From: Botryllus schlosseri
Lineage: Eukaryota
Direction: 5' to 3'
Length of the DNA: 64,000 nucleotides
Assembly: GCA_051294905.1 (NCBI GenBank)
Contig: CM119371.1
Span: 29,576,001 to 29,640,000, forward strand
Below are positions 60,519-64,000 of the stretch, one piece after another (position 1 is the first letter of the stretch; every line of letters starts with the position of its first letter). The notes beneath the pieces were generated by a model. The model ran no database searches. It was not told where the DNA came from and was given only the letters and a program-made list of their open reading frames with translations. The position numbers and the translations under genes are program-made.

Positions 60519-61761
60519 ACTTAAATAATAGGAAACAATTTGTTCATATTGGAACAACGCGTTCACAATTACTACCCATACAGACTGGTGTACCTCAGGG
60601 ATCAGTTCTCGGGCCCCTGCTGTTCATAATTTACATCAATGATATTGGAAATTTATTTGACAATGACATCACACTGTTTGTTGATGACACCAGTCTAGTT
60701 ATACCCGGTAAAAATTTATCTGATGCATTTGATAACATTAACACTAAGCTATCGACAGTGTCAAAATGGATGGCATCTAACCAACTTCAGCTCAATGCCT
60801 CCAAAACCAAAACTCTCATGTTTCATACACAAGTGAATTGCAATGGAATTATAGTAAATAACGCACATCTTGATACACATAAAACTGTTAGATATCTTGG
60901 CATTATCATTGATGATAAACTCGTATGGTCTGATCATATCAACAATATAAAAACTAAAATCTCGCGTGGTGTCGGGGCTCTCCATCGCCTCAAAAATTTA
61001 ATTCCTCATCAAACTCTCAGATCAGTCTACTATGCCTTAATTCACTGCTATCTCATTTATGGGATCCTAGTTTGGAGACCTGCTGCGAATAAACATCTGC
61101 AGAAATTGCAAGTCTTGCAAAACCGAGCCATACGAATTCTCTGTCGGAAATCTAGATATGAGAATTGTAATAGCATGTATCGTAGCGTTAGAATATTGAA
61201 AGTGGAAGACATTTTCAAATTTGAGGTAATGAAATTCATGCATAGCTATCATCAGGGTGAACTGCCACTATATTTTGATAATCTGTTCAAGATACCTTCA
61301 GATACCCACCAACATCATACCAGATTTTCTTCTAACTTGTCTCTGTCTGTGCAACACCACTCTACCAGTCTAGTACAAAATTCAATCAGTTTTATTGGTG
61401 TCAATGTTTGGAATAAGCTGCCACCTAATCTCCGCAATTTAGACTCTTGTGCTTTTAAAAAACAATTTTTTCATTCTCTTATATCTAACTACCGGTAAAT
61501 TGTATTTGCACTGTATTTCAAATTGGTCCATGATACTGTGTCTTATTTTTCCTTTCGTTCGTTAGTTTATTTTAATTTTATTTTATTTTTCATTAGTTAT
61601 CGAATGTGAAAATTGCTCCTGTCCCGGGTGACTCGGCTCTGAAGACTATGTCATATCGAGCCTCCCGTCTACCTTGCATGTCGCATTTCACTGTTACATT
61701 TTTGTAGTGTTATGTTGATATGTAATGTATACGAATAAAGATTCTCTCTCTCTCTCTCTCT
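60519..61761 (+). mobile_element. 5'-truncated CR1/L2-group LINE (RT C-terminal half, 3' UTR, (CT)n tail), antisense in the GPCR intron
   Basis: YLNNRKQFV, GVPQGSVLGPLLFIIYINDI, FVDDT, LNASKTK, RYLGIIID, WNKLP; stop at 61498; stem-loop 3' UTR, AATAAA 61734-61739, (CT)n. Confidence 0.92.
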
Positions 61762-62843
61762 ACAGGGAACTTCACACTCGCACACCTATCACCATGTTAT
61801 TCGAAATTATGGAGGGTTGGTAATCTAACATAACTTCGCAGCCAAAATGTACACCATTGCAGGCTTCCCCGCGCCGTGAATGATATAATTATAGTCAGTC
61901 ATTGAATGGTTAGCTCGGGATCAATACAGCCCCCGCTGCAAGATATTATGATGTCGATATCTTCCGGAGGTTACCAAGCGGCTGAGCATTCGCCATTTGA
62001 AATGTCATATTTCACATTGCATAATTTTACTGCAAATGATCCCTGCAGACAAATATACCCAAAGCAACCCAGTTTGACGCACCAAGGACAGGGAATCAAT
62101 TAGTTTTGATACGCGCGATCGATCAATATCGATGGCGCTAGCTTCTCAGTATATACATATCTTGTTAGAACGCATTAGCATCACATTTGCATTTAGCGTC
62201 AACCGCGGAAGTAACATGAAGGATATTCCGGAGCGGGAAGATGAACATTGTCATTCTAAATATCAAACAAGTCTGAGCAGACACAGAGTGGTCTATCTAC
62301 CATTACCTTGTCTAGTACACATGCTCTTTTCTCATGGAGTGGTACCGTACCGTTTCATAGATGCAATGCAAACTATTTAAGTTCAGCGGACTTATGTACA
62401 AAATCGACCATATTGGAGCCTGTGCTTGAACTGAAAGCAGTAACGTATATAAAATGTGACTGACTCTCGGTTTTTGCTATAATGCTGGATTAATTACGAT
62501 CACTAATCCAATTTGCCGAGATAGAGATTCACCTACGGTGTTTTTCTAATGTATCGCACTTTTGTAGCAAATTTGAATCTTATAACGAAGCCGCATTTTA
62601 GCACAGTCTTCTCGACATGCATTTTGTTATTCTTAAGCGGATAATAGAGTACTTGTTGAATATATGACAGAAAATAATCAGATATCTAATACAAGTAATT
62701 CAGTCGACTATGTACTCGACAGTAGCTATGACAACGTCGTAGAAGATTCGCATTCCTACAATGCAATGCCAGACAATGTTACGCGTAAAGATACCTGTAG
62801 TAATCGCTAGGTAAATACGGTGTATGGAATCACACTACTATAC

Positions 62844-62998
62844 CTGATAATTGAATAAAACCCATGATACAGACTGGCATCCAGCAAAGAAAATCAGATA
62901 CAATAATCCTGGTGAGTTTACGTTGCATTGCAGCACGCCGTTTGTTTTTGTTGCTACCCACGCATGAAGATTTTGGGACCTTCCTATTGTTTGCCTTT
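62844..62998 (-). CDS. GRL101/RXFP-like GPCR exon (ICL3, TM6)
   Basis: Acceptor TTTAACAG, phase 2 in and phase 1 out: KANNRKVPK...RRAAMQRKLTRIIVSDFLCWMPVCIMGFIQLS; donor GTATAG. Confidence 0.9.
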
Positions 62999-63823
62999 CT
63001 GTTAAATACGATTCCACATTTTAAACTCTTCATAAATAATATTGCAATTTACAGCGATGCGATAATATATGCAGCTTGTACACTTCTATGCTAAGTTATC
63101 GTGGAATGCTATGAGCACAACGAAATGACTATATTTATTGCATATTTATCGCCCTATAAAAGAAGTTTCGTAAGGATATATCGAAATTTATCACCCCACA
63201 CGATAAATGTTGTACGACGCATCGTGCAATAGCTTAGGAAATATTTCAGTTATAGTCGACAACTCTGGATAAATAGTTAAATATTTTGATTCAATCGTGA
63301 AATACGATCATGCCTAGATATTGCTTTACTAAAAATATTGCTTTCGGCTAAATCTTTTCTTGTACTTATGCAAATGAAAATATATGTATTTGGGACTTGT
63401 AGGATATAAAATAGATCATTGCAAGTTCTCTTCTAGAATCATCTGTCACAATATACCGAACCATAAACGCAGTTGTTCAACCTTGCTCCGATAGAGTAGT
63501 TTGTTTGTCTTATTCACAACATTGGCGCTCATCAACTCATTAGGTCATTTGCGCCCACATAATAATTTTAGTAAGTAGTCTTTCGATGTATATTAGTCAG
63601 ATTACGGACTACTTCCATTCACACGCTCTTCTACCATCGGTCTCTATCGGTTTCCGTGCGTCCGTGCCTTGTCCTTTTGCTGCCAATTTCCGGCTCGGCT
63701 CAACTTCATTCTTTGCTTTTCGCAAACATTTTTGATATTTCTAATAAACCTCTTTCGGACAAGACAATGCCAATAAAAAGGGATCCTTATTGTGGGTATA
63801 TAAAAAACGTATTTACACTGTAC

Positions 63824-64000
63824 CTGTACAACGCGACGTAGCACACGAGCATGAAGAAAAATGCAAGGAAGTTGATCAACAGCAGAACAAACGAGTACAT
63901 CCATGATACGTCGTCTTGGTCAGGAAACAGCGTGGGGAGGCAAACGGTATGGGTGGAATAGAATCCGAATTCATATTCCGGTTTTATGGGATTGCTTGGA
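63824..64000 (-). CDS. GRL101/RXFP-like GPCR exon (ECL2, TM5), continues beyond the window
   Basis: PIKPEYEFGFYSTHTVCLPTLFPDQDDVSWMYSFVLLLINFLAFFFMLVCYVALY, donor GTACAG in phase 2. This frame is missing from the ORF track. Confidence 0.9.

Noticed and set aside
60509..61498. Stand-alone 329-aa reverse transcriptase gene
   Set aside because: GTG start at a hAT boundary; endonuclease and N-terminal RT motifs are missing. It is a 5'-truncated LINE.
62770..63100. GPCR pseudogene with stops around TM6
   Set aside because: The stops fall in introns once the AG (63000-62999) and GT (62843-62842) sites are used; the frame is intact.

Overview
Eukaryotic, repeat-rich animal genomic DNA with GT-AG introns. 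A marine invertebrate such as an ascidian is a guess, not something the sequence proves. Host genes: (i) a tandem cluster of C2H2 zinc-finger genes with no visible effector domain, caught in birth-and-death: three open reading frames (900-2150 -, 23310-24641 +, 39045-40103 +), one copy with a single nonsense codon (48303-49730 +), one decayed copy split by a Penelope insertion (14198-15921 -) and one 3' remnant (~35691-35800 +); (ii) the last four exons of a GRL101/RXFP-like (LGR-class) GPCR on the minus strand (>64000 to 58838). Mobile DNA dominates the rest. It includes a complete, very young Ty3/Gypsy LTR retrotransposon (5671-10881; LTRs identical by eye, 5-bp TSD, single gag-pol ORF) whose primer-binding site matches its own predicted transcript 5' end rather than a tRNA. 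There are also several Penelope-like fragments, one with an intact minimal hammerhead ribozyme; a non-autonomous piggyBac holding a 2.1-kb foldback element; many hAT MITEs with 8-bp TSDs; a tRNA-derived SINE family; a 5'-truncated CR1/L2-group LINE; and a degenerate ~290-bp tandem array. No rRNA, genuine tRNA or CRISPR array was seen. All comparisons were made by eye; no database searches or alignments were run.
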